This document shows positions 1 through 10,320 of a stretch of DNA of 64,000 bases, piece after piece (within the stretch, counting starts at the first letter, position 1; each line of letters begins with the position of its first letter). Both the position numbers and the translations under genes were made by a program. The stretch comes from an uncultured Desulfosarcina sp. (lineage in GTDB: Bacteria > Desulfobacterota > Desulfobacteria > Desulfobacterales > Desulfosarcinaceae). The notes beneath the pieces were generated by a model. That model was not told the DNA's origin, made no database searches, and saw nothing but the letters and a program-made list of their open reading frames with translations. The DNA is taken from NCBI GenBank assembly GCA_963674945.2, contig CAXXWQ010000003.1:1888001-1952000 (forward strand), written 5' to 3'.

Positions 1-1
1 C

Positions 2-583
2 ATGAAAAGTGTCAGAAGAGAAATTTCTTTGGCATCGGTGTTTGTCTTTCTTTTTGTCTCCATCGTTTCGGCCGGCTACCAGTATACGGCCAACAAGGAT
101 CATCTCGGGGGGGATCTGACACCTGAAGATGCCTATAAAATGATGGAGAAAGATCCGGAGCACGTTTTTCTCGTGGACTGCAGAACGCGCGCGGAATATC
201 AATTTGTGGGTCATCCCGAGGGGTCGTACAACATTCCACTCCGGTTTCTGACAAACAACGTCGGCAAAAAGGGGTACACCGAAGAGATGAATCCCAATTT
301 CGGCAAAGATCTGCTCGCCCGATTCAACCCGGAAACCGATACCCTCATTATCCTGTGCCGAAGCGGCAATCGGAGTTGTACAGCATGCAACGAAGCCATC
401 AAGGCCGGCTTTGCCGAAAACAAGGTGTTTAATATGATGGGAGGATTTGAAGGGGGAAAGAACGAAAACAAGAACAGCACCTACTATGGCAAACGATGGG
501 CCGGTGGATGGAAACTGGAAGGTCTTCCCTGGACGTATAAAATGGACCAAAAGCTGATGTATCAACCCGATATGAAGGGGTAG
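2..583 (+). CDS. Exported rhodanese-like sulfurtransferase
   Basis: N-terminal signal-like segment; LVDCRTRAEY..GHP, active-site loop LCRSGNRS, GGFEG motif. Confidence 0.85.
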   Translation: MKSVRREISLASVFVFLFVSIVSAGYQYTANKDHLGGDLTPEDAYKMMEKDPEHVFLVDCRTRAEYQFVGHPEGSYNIPLRFLTNNVGKKGYTEEMNPNFGKDLLARFNPETDTLIILCRSGNRSCTACNEAIKAGFAENKVFNMMGGFEGGKNENKNSTYYGKRWAGGWKLEGLPWTYKMDQKLMYQPDMKG

Positions 584-737
584 GCAGCGTCAGGTATCAT
601 CGATGTAACCCAAAGAGAGAAAAGATTCACTGTCCGGCACCGGATGCCATCACGCCATATCCTGTCGGGCATGAAGACGGAAAGCTGGTCGTGACCATCA
701 CCGAGTAACCATTTGTCCATGGTACCAGCAAAAAATG

Positions 738-767
738 AAGCCGGGTCGACACTGGTCGGCCCGGCTT
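738..767. terminator. GC-rich hairpin between convergent genes (probable terminator)
   Basis: AAGCCGGGTCGAC-ACTG-GTCGGCCCGGCTT. Confidence 0.5.
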
Positions 768-951
768 TCGCAAGGAGGGGGGATGAAAACGAAGGGTTCC
801 CTGGTCCCATGGACGGTCAGCGGAATCCCCGTCGTTTCGTTATACCTTACCCGAGTATCCTTACGCCAACATTACATCAACATTACCGATTGGTAACCTT
901 TGCGTGCTCACATCGGTCCCACGGCTGCCGAAAGGAGCAACGCCAATGAAC

Positions 952-1773
952 TCATAAAAAACCGAACAATCGCCCGGCATTGTCCGTCACCGCAGCCGTC
1001 ACCTCCTCTACGGAGATCCCTTTGATTTCGGCAATGGCACGAATGGAAAAAGTGAGGTTGGCGGGTTGGTTCCGCTCGTTGGGAACCGGTCCCAATACGG
1101 GGCTGTCCGTTTCCGCCAGCAGACAGGAGAGTGGCAGTTGTTTGACCAATTTTTGTTTCTGCCGCGATCGTATCGCGGATGGTGGAATGGAGAAGAAGTA
1201 ACCCGCTTCCACAGCCGGCTGTGCCGCCCCTGATTTTCCGTCGAAGGCATGCATCTGGACCCGCCTGGCATTGTTTGCCAGCAGCAGGTCGATGGCGTGT
1301 CTACCGGCGGACCGGGAATGAACATTGAGCGGAAGATCCAACTCTTCGGACAATTGGATAAACCGCTCGAAAATCTCTTTTTGCAACTCCTTCTTCGCAG
1401 TCTCTTTCACTACCCAGAAGTCGAGGCCCACCTCGCCGATGGCGACCAGTCTCCGGTGGTGCCGGTGGATGAAGGCGATCATCTCCTCGGCCATGTCCAG
1501 ATCCACAATGGCCGGATAGAGTCCCGCGGCAGGCCGGATCATGGGATAGATTTCGGCCAGGGAGAGATTCTTTCGGGCATCGGCAAGATTTTCGCCAACG
1601 GCGATGAGAGCCCCCACCCCCGCCTTCCCTGCACGGTCAATCACTTCGTCCCGGTCGGAATCGAAAGTGGAATCACAGATGTGAACATGGGTGTCCACCA
1701 GCACTGCCGTGTCACTATGCATTTTCCATGTCACCATTTTTTTGTGCCCATTGTTTACATCCGATGGCGCCAT
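952..1773 (-). CDS. tatD: TatD family metallo-hydrolase/DNase (start may be 1722)
   Basis: DTHVH, AIGEVGLD, NVHSR, MHAF, ETDSP motifs. Confidence 0.9.
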   Translation of the reverse strand: MAPSDVNNGHKKMVTWKMHSDTAVLVDTHVHICDSTFDSDRDEVIDRAGKAGVGALIAVGENLADARKNLSLAEIYPMIRPAAGLYPAIVDLDMAEEMIAFIHRHHRRLVAIGEVGLDFWVVKETAKKELQKEIFERFIQLSEELDLPLNVHSRSAGRHAIDLLLANNARRVQMHAFDGKSGAAQPAVEAGYFFSIPPSAIRSRQKQKLVKQLPLSCLLAETDSPVLGPVPNERNQPANLTFSIRAIAEIKGISVEEVTAAVTDNAGRLFGFL

Positions 1774-1782
1774 CGTATACGA

Positions 1783-2553
1783 TTAAAACAAGCACTTGAA
1801 CCTCTCATTGAATTGATCCAGAAGAGATAGCAGATCTGCCGGCAATTTTTCCCGGACCTGCTGCACCGTCTTCGGCGGAACCACCTTATAGTAGGCTTGG
1901 GCAATACCGCCCGCAATGCATGCCATGGTGTCGGCATCGCCGCCGAAAGAAACGGCGTTCTTTATGGCGGTTTCATAATCCTTGGCATCGAGAAAGGCGA
2001 TGATAGACTGGGGAACGGATCCCTGGCAGCTGACATCGAAGGTGTACCCATCCCGAAGTTCCTCCACACAGAAGCCAAGGTCATAGGAAAACCGCCTTTC
2101 GATCTCGCTGCGAATGGTCGCCTTGTCCTCCTCTTTCCGGGCGAGGAAAACGGCGAGGGCCGTTGCTTGTGCACCCTTGATCCCCTCGGGATGGTTATGT
2201 GTGACGACGGCGGATCGCCTTGCGTGGTCCATGACCATTTCGATGGACTCGAAGGCAAATCCCACCGGCGATACCCGCATGGCGGAACCGTTTCCAAAGC
2301 TGTAGTAAGGCGTGCTGCATGGATCCCAGATCCAGTGCCAGAAAGAACCGCCGTAGGGCAGATTTGGATATCGCTGGGCAAAGATTTTAATGGCACACCC
2401 GTAATCCGTATGGGACAAAACTGCGTGGGCGACTGCGAAGGTCAAAACCGTATCATCCGTAAAATCCGCTACATCCATTGGAAATGCCATCGTCTTGATA
2501 GGTCGGCTCTCGTAGGGTGAGCCGATCATATCGCCGGCAATTGCACCGATCAT
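1783..2553 (-). CDS. ADP-ribosylglycohydrolase family protein
   Basis: MIGAIAGDMIGS, TDDT, GNGSAMR, THNH, GGDADT; start reset to ATG at 2553 behind a GGGAGGGG RBS. Confidence 0.9.
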   Translation of the reverse strand: MIGAIAGDMIGSPYESRPIKTMAFPMDVADFTDDTVLTFAVAHAVLSHTDYGCAIKIFAQRYPNLPYGGSFWHWIWDPCSTPYYSFGNGSAMRVSPVGFAFESIEMVMDHARRSAVVTHNHPEGIKGAQATALAVFLARKEEDKATIRSEIERRFSYDLGFCVEELRDGYTFDVSCQGSVPQSIIAFLDAKDYETAIKNAVSFGGDADTMACIAGGIAQAYYKVVPPKTVQQVREKLPADLLSLLDQFNERFKCLF

Positions 2554-3020
2554 CTTTCCCCTCCCTTTGATCGATGAATTCGTGTTCGTCCAAAAACAGG
2601 AAAAATTGGTCGAAGTCCCAAAGAAAGAAAACCGCAATTTTTCAGGCAACGCAAAAACAGCGAAAAACAAAGGGCGAAGTCACACGGACAGGTACTTCAG
2701 CGTGGTGTTGAAAAATACGTTACAATGCGATTTGCGATGGTCATGCAATGCTAAATATAATAGGCCAAACGAATTGTAACGGCAAGTCGAATCTACGAAG
2801 GATCGGAGCCTTCGGCCGATTTCACGATCAATCCAATCGGAAATGACGGCATCACGAACTGAAAATGCCGGTTCGCAGCCAAAGGGGTATGTACTCTTTG
2901 TTTCCAAGATGATACCAATACCTCTTTGCGGCGGTTGAAATATCGGCGGGCATACCTGTACTTTCGGCGATGCCGACGATCCTGTTTGGTAAAACACCGA
3001 GGGACGAAAACCGAACCACA

Positions 3021-3725
3021 ATGAATCGTGACGACAACATCGACATCGGTGAGATCCACCGATTTTCCGACATGGCCGACGCCTGGTGGGATGAAAAAGG
3101 CGATTTCCAGGCCCTGCACGAAATCAATCCGGTACGACTGGCCTATGTGCGTGACCGATGCGGTCTGATGGGGAAAGAAGTGTTGGACGTGGGGTGCGGC
3201 GGCGGTTTGCTCTCCGAAGCCCTTGCATCGTGTGGCGGTCGCGTCACGGGCATCGACATGGCCGAGGCCTCACTGTCCGTGGCCCGTACCCACATGGCAG
3301 AAAAAGGCCTTGTTATCGATTATCAACGGATTACCGCCGAAGCACTGGCCAACGAGCAGCCGGGGCGCTACGATGTCGTCGTGTGTATGGAACTTTTGGA
3401 GCATGTGCCACGGCCCTTTTCCATCATCGATGCCTGCGCGCGTCTGGCACGGCCCGGTGGTGATCTCTTCTTTGCCACGGTCAATCGCACATGGCTATCC
3501 TGGCTGCTGGTGATCTTCGCATCGGAACGGGTTTTTGGTATCGTTCGTAAGGGAACCCACGAATACGGAAAACTGGTCAAACCCGCGGAATTAAAAAAAT
3601 GGGGCATGGATGCCGGCCTGGCATTTTGCCATTTGTCCGGGCTGCGCTATATTCCCTTCGTCGGCTACGCCGCCCTTTGTTCCAACGCCCTGATGAACTA
3701 TATGATCCATTTCGCAAAGAGATAG
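3021..3725 (+). CDS. ubiG: UbiG-like quinone O-methyltransferase
   Basis: EIHRFSDMADAWWDEKGDFQALHEINPVRL N-terminus, VLDVGCGGGLLSE, CMELLEHVP, GTHEY. Confidence 0.88.
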   Translation: MNRDDNIDIGEIHRFSDMADAWWDEKGDFQALHEINPVRLAYVRDRCGLMGKEVLDVGCGGGLLSEALASCGGRVTGIDMAEASLSVARTHMAEKGLVIDYQRITAEALANEQPGRYDVVVCMELLEHVPRPFSIIDACARLARPGGDLFFATVNRTWLSWLLVIFASERVFGIVRKGTHEYGKLVKPAELKKWGMDAGLAFCHLSGLRYIPFVGYAALCSNALMNYMIHFAKR

Positions 3726-3737
3726 AAAGGACAACAT

Positions 3738-4553
3738 ATGGCGCTTTGGGAAAACCCACGCTGGTTCGACGCCAACAAACGAAAAGAGCTGTTGGACGAA
3801 CACGTCCGTTCCTCCGGATCGGCCCGTTTCGGCATTCGAAAGTATGGGGAGAAGGATAAAAAGGATGCGGTTCGACGCCATTTCGAACGCGTGGCCCCCA
3901 AATACGACTTCATGAACTCTTTGCTCAGCTTCGGGATCCAACACGCCTGGAAGCGGGCCGCCATTCGCATGCTCGGTGTACGGAAAAATGACAAGGTGCT
4001 CGATGTCTGCGGTGGGACCGGAGATTTGGCGATCCTTGCGGCCCGGTGCACCGGTCCTTTGGGCCAGGTTACCATTTATGACATCAACGCGGCCATGATC
4101 CGCGCCGGCAGACACAAGATCGACACCGACCCTTCTTTCTCCCACATCGGATACGTCCAGGGTGATGCCGAACAGATCGCCTTTCCCGACGACACCTTCG
4201 ACTGCGCCATGGTCGGCTTCGGTATCCGAAATGTGACTCATCTGAAAAAAGGATTCTCCGAAATGGTCCGGGTGCTCAAGCCCGGCGGGCGGTTATTGTG
4301 CCTGGAATTCTCCCAACCCACCAATCCACTGTTTCGCGCCCTCTATGATTTTTACTCCTTCAATATCATGCCGGCGCTGGGCCAGTTGCTGGCGGGTTCC
4401 GCCGAATCCTACGCCTGTCTGCCCGAAACCATCCGAATGTTTCCCCTGCCCGAAGAATTATCGGAAATACTGACTCGCATCGGCTTGCGCAACGTTCGAT
4501 GGACCACCATGACCAACGGCATCTGTGCGGCCCATGTGGGGATCAAAGGGTAA
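3738..4553 (+). CDS. ubiE: UbiE/MenG quinone C-methyltransferase
   Basis: VAPKYDFMNSLLSFGIQHAWKR, VLDVCGGTGD, FGIRNV, RVLKPGGRLLCLEFS. Confidence 0.9.
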   Translation: MALWENPRWFDANKRKELLDEHVRSSGSARFGIRKYGEKDKKDAVRRHFERVAPKYDFMNSLLSFGIQHAWKRAAIRMLGVRKNDKVLDVCGGTGDLAILAARCTGPLGQVTIYDINAAMIRAGRHKIDTDPSFSHIGYVQGDAEQIAFPDDTFDCAMVGFGIRNVTHLKKGFSEMVRVLKPGGRLLCLEFSQPTNPLFRALYDFYSFNIMPALGQLLAGSAESYACLPETIRMFPLPEELSEILTRIGLRNVRWTTMTNGICAAHVGIKG

Positions 4554-4997
4554 TGCGTCGGTTCTGTGTTCATGTGAAACAGCGTTGATTCAATGGTTTG
4601 ACGGCCTTTACGAAGCTTTGCCCGAAGGAAATTTTCGGCAGATGACCTCACGGTCATCTATCCCACGATTGACAGGATCCTTCGTCACAAGGTATTCATA
4701 CGGTACGGGTAATCCCAAATTCACCGATGCAAGGATTATTTGTGACACGACGATAGGCTGAATGCACCGAAACCATCGTTGCCGAGATCTCCAGTGAAAC
4801 CCCTTTCTGTCAGAGATTGCTGATATTGACATCCCGTTCTGGCGAAACCTTCCCGAACCCCGGTGCAACATACCAATACCAGTTCCGTGATTGGAGTGGC
4901 GTCATGATGCGCTGGTATCGGGTTTCACCAGGTAAGGCCTTGGCATTCATAAACATTCGTTTATGCAAATCGCATTCATTTACCGACCTGTTAAATC

Positions 4998-7727
4998 ATG
5001 GCACGAGAGACTCCCGAAAAAAATACGAAAGCAAGTCAAGGCATACCTTCGGATATGGCATTTTTGATCCATCCATCGGCGAGTAAAATGCTGTTGGAAA
5101 ACAGAAATTTTCTTGTCGACCTGATTGAAAACAGCGGAACGCTCATCGTCATAAAAGATCGTGAGGGCAGATACCTTCTGGTCAATCGCAAGTGGGAGGA
5201 GGTCACAGGATTCAAACGCGAATTCGCATTGGGCAAAACCGATGCGATGTTGTTTCCACCCGAGACAGTCCGAAGATTTCGGGAAAATGATCTGTATGTC
5301 ATCGAAACCGGTTCCTTCATCGAGAGGGAAGAGCGCTTGGAAACACCGTCGGGAACACGGTATTTTATTTCCAGTAAGTTCCCTTTGTTCGATAAAGACA
5401 ATACGGTAACAGGTATTTACGGCGTCATTACCGAAATCACCGAACGCAAACGAGTGGAAAAAGAGCTCCAACGGAGCCAAAAAAAATACCATTCACTGTT
5501 TAACAGAGCACAGGCTTCGCTCTTCAGGACAAGCATCGATGGCAAACTGTTGGAGGTCAGCCAACGATATGCGGAAAAGGCCGGCTACGCAAGTGTCGAA
5601 CAATGCATGGCGGAGTTCGTTCCCGGCAAATCCTGGGCGGATCAGAGCGAAAGACAAGAACTGGTGCGCATCCTGCGGGAAAAAGGGTCGGTAAGCGATT
5701 ACGAAGCGGAAATCATCCGTAGGGATGGAAAACGTATCTGGATCTTGTTCTCGGCAACGCTCTACCCGGAGCAAGGGTATATTGAAGGATCCATCGTTGA
5801 AATCACCGACCGGAAACAGGCAGAGATGGCGTTACGGAAAAGTGAAGCCTTTCAGCGCAAAATGGTCGCCAATATCGGCGATGTCATCGTCATCATCGAT
5901 CAATACGGCCGCAACCGATTCAAGAGCCCAAATGTTGAAAAAATGTTTGGCTGGAAACCGGCGGATCTCGTGGGTGCCAGTGTTTGGGACAACGTGCATC
6001 CTGAGGATTTGGCGTCTGCAAAAAAACTCTTTGATTCGCTGTTGCGCGAGCCCGACAACGTCGGAACGATCGAATTGCGATACAAATGCAAGGACGGCAC
6101 CTATAAATGGATCGAGTTCACGGGAAGCAACCTTCTGAATGATCCGGATATCCAGGGCATTTTGGGCAACTACCATGACATCATGGAGCGCAAGAGAGCC
6201 GAACAGGCGTTGCGAGACAGCGAGGCACGGTTCAAGGCACTTCACAATGCCTCCTTTGGCGGTATCGTGATTCACGACAAAGGAATCATTTTGGAATGCA
6301 ACCAGGGTATATCTGATATTACAGGCTATTCCGTGGACGAATTGGTGGGGATGGATGGACTGCTGCTCATTGCCGAAAAATCGAGAGAGACGGTGATGAA
6401 GAATATTTTATCCGGATACGAGAAACCCTATGAAGCGGTGGGATTGCGCAAGGACGGCACAGAATTTCCCATTCGTCTGGAGGCCCGAAACATACCTTAC
6501 AAGGGAAAATTGGCAAGGACGACTGAATTCAGGGATATTTCCGAAAACAAGCGTGCCGAGGTAGAACGAAAGAGACTCCAGGATCAGTTGGCCCAGGCCC
6601 AGAAGATGGAATCCGTGGGACGGCTGGCGGGCGGGGTGGCCCACGATTATAACAACATGCTGAGCGTGATTCTCGGCTACACGGAACTGGCGTTGGACAA
6701 GGTTCCATCCACGGAGCCACTGCACTCCGACCTTCAAGAAATTTATACGGCCGCGAAACGATCTTCTGAAATCACACAGCAGTTACTGGCCTTTGCCCGC
6801 AAGCAGGCCGTTTCCCCAAAAGCACTCGATATCAACGCCGTTATTGAAAGGATTCTCAATATGTTGCGCCGCCTCATCGGCGAGGACATCGACGTCGTCT
6901 GGCAACCTGGAAGACGACTGTCGCCTGTAAAAATCGATCCATCACAGCTGGAACAAATTCTGGCCAATTTGTGTGTCAACGCCCGGGATGCCATTTCCGG
7001 CGTTGGAAAAATTATCATTAAAACGCAAATGGTATCCCCTGGCAAAACAAATCGGAGTGTAACTTCCCGTGATACACGCAACGATTCTGTCATGTTGTCC
7101 GTCAGCGACGATGGATGCGGCATGAAAAAGGATACGTTGGACAATATCTTCGAACCGTTTTTTACGACAAAAGAGGCCTGTCAAGGTACTGGCCTGGGGT
7201 TGGCTACGGTCTACGGAATTGTCAAGCAGAACAACGGCGTCATCGAAGTGCACAGCAAACCGGGGCATGGTACCACATTCCATATTTACCTGCCGCGATA
7301 TGTCGGTGGCATAGAGGAATTACCACCGGACGAAGCGTCTGACACACCTTTGGGAGAGGGGGAAACGGTGCTTCTCGTCGAGGACGACCCGGCGATCAGG
7401 GAGATGTGTCAGGTCATACTCGATAAGTTGCGTTATCGGGTATTGTCCGCAGATACACCAGAAAAGGCGTTGGAAATTGCCGACGAACACGGAAGTGAAA
7501 TTGATCTGCTGGTCACGGATGTCGTCATGCCCGGCATGAATGGACGGGAGTTGGCCCAAAAACTGAAGGTGTTCTATCCCGGCATAAAAACGCTTTACAT
7601 GTCCGGCTATACGGCCGATGTAATCGCGAATCGGGGCATCTTGGAAAAGGAGGTGCAGTTCATTCAAAAGCCGTTTTCCGTGAAAAATATGGGAAAAAAA
7701 GTCAAAGCGGTGCTGAAGAATGGATAA
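4998..7727 (+). CDS. Multi-PAS hybrid sensor histidine kinase/response regulator
   Basis: About four PAS/PAC repeats, AHDYNNML H-box, FTTK..GTGLGL, C-terminal receiver (LLVEDD, TDVVMP, FIQKP). Confidence 0.92.
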   Translation: MARETPEKNTKASQGIPSDMAFLIHPSASKMLLENRNFLVDLIENSGTLIVIKDREGRYLLVNRKWEEVTGFKREFALGKTDAMLFPPETVRRFRENDLYVIETGSFIEREERLETPSGTRYFISSKFPLFDKDNTVTGIYGVITEITERKRVEKELQRSQKKYHSLFNRAQASLFRTSIDGKLLEVSQRYAEKAGYASVEQCMAEFVPGKSWADQSERQELVRILREKGSVSDYEAEIIRRDGKRIWILFSATLYPEQGYIEGSIVEITDRKQAEMALRKSEAFQRKMVANIGDVIVIIDQYGRNRFKSPNVEKMFGWKPADLVGASVWDNVHPEDLASAKKLFDSLLREPDNVGTIELRYKCKDGTYKWIEFTGSNLLNDPDIQGILGNYHDIMERKRAEQALRDSEARFKALHNASFGGIVIHDKGIILECNQGISDITGYSVDELVGMDGLLLIAEKSRETVMKNILSGYEKPYEAVGLRKDGTEFPIRLEARNIPYKGKLARTTEFRDISENKRAEVERKRLQDQLAQAQKMESVGRLAGGVAHDYNNMLSVILGYTELALDKVPSTEPLHSDLQEIYTAAKRSSEITQQLLAFARKQAVSPKALDINAVIERILNMLRRLIGEDIDVVWQPGRRLSPVKIDPSQLEQILANLCVNARDAISGVGKIIIKTQMVSPGKTNRSVTSRDTRNDSVMLSVSDDGCGMKKDTLDNIFEPFFTTKEACQGTGLGLATVYGIVKQNNGVIEVHSKPGHGTTFHIYLPRYVGGIEELPPDEASDTPLGEGETVLLVEDDPAIREMCQVILDKLRYRVLSADTPEKALEIADEHGSEIDLLVTDVVMPGMNGRELAQKLKVFYPGIKTLYMSGYTADVIANRGILEKEVQFIQKPFSVKNMGKKVKAVLKNG

Positions 7728-7731
7728 AACC

Positions 7732-8819
7732 GGGACGTTGTTTACTAATCACACTAACTTTTTCTTCGCAATATCTGAGCGACGCCGGATGTGGTCAATC
7801 CCAGCTGACGGCCCGTCTCTGCCAACGAAAGTCCCAGTTCATTGACCAACTTGAGGGCCAATTGCCGGCGGACCGCGGATACCGCCCGCCGCCGGCTACC
7901 GCTTAGTAGCGCAGCAACGGTAACATTGCGTTCGGCGCAGCACAGTTGAATCTCGTTTTGCACTGCTTTTATAAAATCATCTCCCGTTATGTTGCCCCTG
8001 ACGTTTCGTTCCGTCTCATCCACCACTTTCTGCACGAATTCACCGGAACCCAAGATACGCGCATCCCCCTTTTCGGAAAATCCTTTTTTTCCCGGGGACG
8101 TTGCAATCGACGAACCACCCACGGAACGGATGAGACCGCCACCGGTCAGTTCCGGTCTTCTGTCCTGACCGATTCCGTTTTCCACAAACGCACGATAAAC
8201 CGTTCTCGCCAGAGCGACTCTTTTTCCGAACCGTTTCAGCACATCATCGCGATGATGCCATAAATGGTCGTATGTTCCCATTACAACGGCATGACCGCAC
8301 CACGGATAATGATCCAACTTGGCCAACGTATCCACGATACCGGCGCGCAGTGGATTGAGATGAATGTATCGCACCAATTCCAAAAAATAGGGTTCTTCTT
8401 CGCAGATAATGGATTTGTAGCGATTCTGGAATAAATGGCCCTGACGATGATGCCGTCGATTGTAGGAAATGGCATGGCCGGTAAGCAGTCGCCGCATGAA
8501 GGTGGAAACGCCGCCTGCACCGCTGCGAAGGAGCAAATGCGCATGGTTGCGCATCAACGCCCAGGCGTATATCGCCGTTTTCGTCTCGAGGGCGATTTTT
8601 CCAAGACGATTGATAAAATTTTCACGGTCCAGGTAGTCATCGACGATATTTCTTCCCTCGATTCCACGGATAATAACGTGGTGTAACGCACCTGGAGCAT
8701 CTAATCTGGCGCCGCGCGGCATGGCAACGTTCCCGGTTTTCCTGTTGTCCCGACACACTACCCCGTAAGCGATTTCTGACAAGTATATCAATTTTTGTTT
8801 ATTTTGTAAACAACGTCCC
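7732..8819. mobile_element. IS-like element: Y1/HUH transposase bounded by perfect 14-bp terminal inverted repeats
   Basis: GGGACGTTGTTTAC at 7732-7745 and its reverse complement GTAAACAACGTCCC at 8806-8819 enclose only the transposase gene. Confidence 0.75.
7754..8722 (-). CDS. REP-associated-type (RAYT/Y1_Tnp) tyrosine transposase with C-terminal DnaA-like HTH
   Basis: MPRGAR start, HHVIIRG, HUH motif MRNHAHLL, GHLFQNRYKS, YIHLNPLRAG; C-terminal SLAETGRQLG HTH. Confidence 0.88.
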   Translation of the reverse strand: MPRGARLDAPGALHHVIIRGIEGRNIVDDYLDRENFINRLGKIALETKTAIYAWALMRNHAHLLLRSGAGGVSTFMRRLLTGHAISYNRRHHRQGHLFQNRYKSIICEEEPYFLELVRYIHLNPLRAGIVDTLAKLDHYPWCGHAVVMGTYDHLWHHRDDVLKRFGKRVALARTVYRAFVENGIGQDRRPELTGGGLIRSVGGSSIATSPGKKGFSEKGDARILGSGEFVQKVVDETERNVRGNITGDDFIKAVQNEIQLCCAERNVTVAALLSGSRRRAVSAVRRQLALKLVNELGLSLAETGRQLGLTTSGVAQILRRKS

Positions 8820-8822
8820 TAA

Positions 8823-9170
8823 AAATTTCCCGGAACCTTTGATATCTTGGAGAAAGTTGTAGCGTTTTCGTGGAAACATGAACATTTGGAAATTGATGAA
8901 TGGTTAACGGTATGTTTCGCTCTCACGTTTGCTTTACTGCTTTTTTGGATACGGCGCTGGAAAAACCTGAAGAGAGCGTATTCGGAAATAAAGCAGCTGA
9001 GAGGAATCATCCCCATTTGTTCGTCATGCAAAAAAATCAGAGACGATCAGGGATATTGGCACCAGGTGGAAGAATATATCAGTAATCATTCCGATGCGTT
9101 GTTCAGCCATGGTATCTGTCCGGAATGCGCAAAGAAATTGTATCCGGATTTCATTAAGGAACAGGGATGA
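8823..9170 (+). pseudogene. Probably 5'-truncated membrane protein with Cys-rich C-terminal domain
   Basis: One TM helix then IIPICSSCKKIRDDQGYW...SHGICPEC; the frame opens right at the transposase right end, with only a TTG start (8847) and no RBS. Confidence 0.55.
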
Positions 9171-9243
9171 GATCCAACGATTCAGCGAAAGCACATCAAA
9201 AAGTGGTCATTTCGCCCGACATCGGCGTTGCACGAACAATCGT

Positions 9244-10182
9244 CTAAAAAAGAAGAAGCCGGAACAAGACCACACCCAGCACACTCAAGGGAAAATGGCT
9301 GGCCTTGTTGAAAAGATCCATTGCGTGCTGGCGGCTGTTACTTTCCACCAGGTGTAGCACCGGAACGAGGATCAATCCAAGTCCCAGACCCGCTATAGCC
9401 AAAAGATGAAAAAACCCGAATGTGAGGGGCGAACGAAACAACACCAAAAATGTCAGCACATAGGCAATCACAAGGCAGAGGAGGCTGAGGAGCCCTGCGC
9501 GGGCAAGGCCCAATCGAACGGGAACGGTGCGGGCCGCAAAACGCCGATCCTCCTCGAAATCGGTCCAGTCATTGGGAATATTCTGCCCCCCGATCTCCCA
9601 GAAAAAAATCCATAGAAACAAAAGCCCCAGAAACAAGAAAGACGGATTCGTATCCACGGCGAACACGGCGGCCACAGCGCCCAATGTCTTGACGATGCCA
9701 TTGATCAGCACGCGCAGTGGCGTTACCCTGAGCAACAGGCAATAGACTGCCTCAAGCAAACCGCCGGTCAAAAAAATGAACAGGCAGACCGGGTTGAGCA
9801 TCCAGGCGCCGACCATGGTCACCAGTGCCCACCCTCCGGTCCATAACAGCGCCTCGGAAAGCGTCAACACGCCCCTGGCCAGCGGGTGGCGCACCAGAAC
9901 GCTGTCCAAATCCGGCAGTTCATTGCCGCCATCAAAGGCTCCGGTGCGAATCTTCTCTTTGTCCACCCGAAAGTCCACCAGATCGTTCAGGGCGTATACG
10001 GTTGTGTATCCGGCAAAGACGGTAATCAATCCGAGCAACAGTGTCGGCAGCGGTGGAAAATGCCCCAGGCAAAGCAGGGCGGCAAGGGCCGGTGTTGCCA
10101 TGTCGATGATCCCATGGGGGGTACGGGACAGGGCGAAAAAATATTTCAATCGCGGATTCGTCAGGATATGTTCTGAAATCAT
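9244..10182 (-). CDS. UbiA family prenyltransferase
   Basis: YALNDLVD, RHPLARG, NDWTDFEED Asp-rich motifs; about 8 TM helices. Confidence 0.85.
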   Translation of the reverse strand: MISEHILTNPRLKYFFALSRTPHGIIDMATPALAALLCLGHFPPLPTLLLGLITVFAGYTTVYALNDLVDFRVDKEKIRTGAFDGGNELPDLDSVLVRHPLARGVLTLSEALLWTGGWALVTMVGAWMLNPVCLFIFLTGGLLEAVYCLLLRVTPLRVLINGIVKTLGAVAAVFAVDTNPSFLFLGLLFLWIFFWEIGGQNIPNDWTDFEEDRRFAARTVPVRLGLARAGLLSLLCLVIAYVLTFLVLFRSPLTFGFFHLLAIAGLGLGLILVPVLHLVESNSRQHAMDLFNKASHFPLSVLGVVLFRLLLF

Positions 10183-10320
10183 TGAATTCTTCAGCGTCGG
10201 TGATATGGGTTGCCGGATCGGAGCAATTTGTCAGAATCGCAAGGATTTGTCAATTTCAAGGTGCTATCGTCGTAGGGTACCCCTATAGCAAAAGCATCCA
10301 CGGCGACGGCCTTCAACTAA

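Noticed and set aside
7732..8819. IS605-type tnpA-tnpB (RNA-guided nuclease) element
   Set aside because: No tnpB/iscB ORF; only a single Y1+HTH gene
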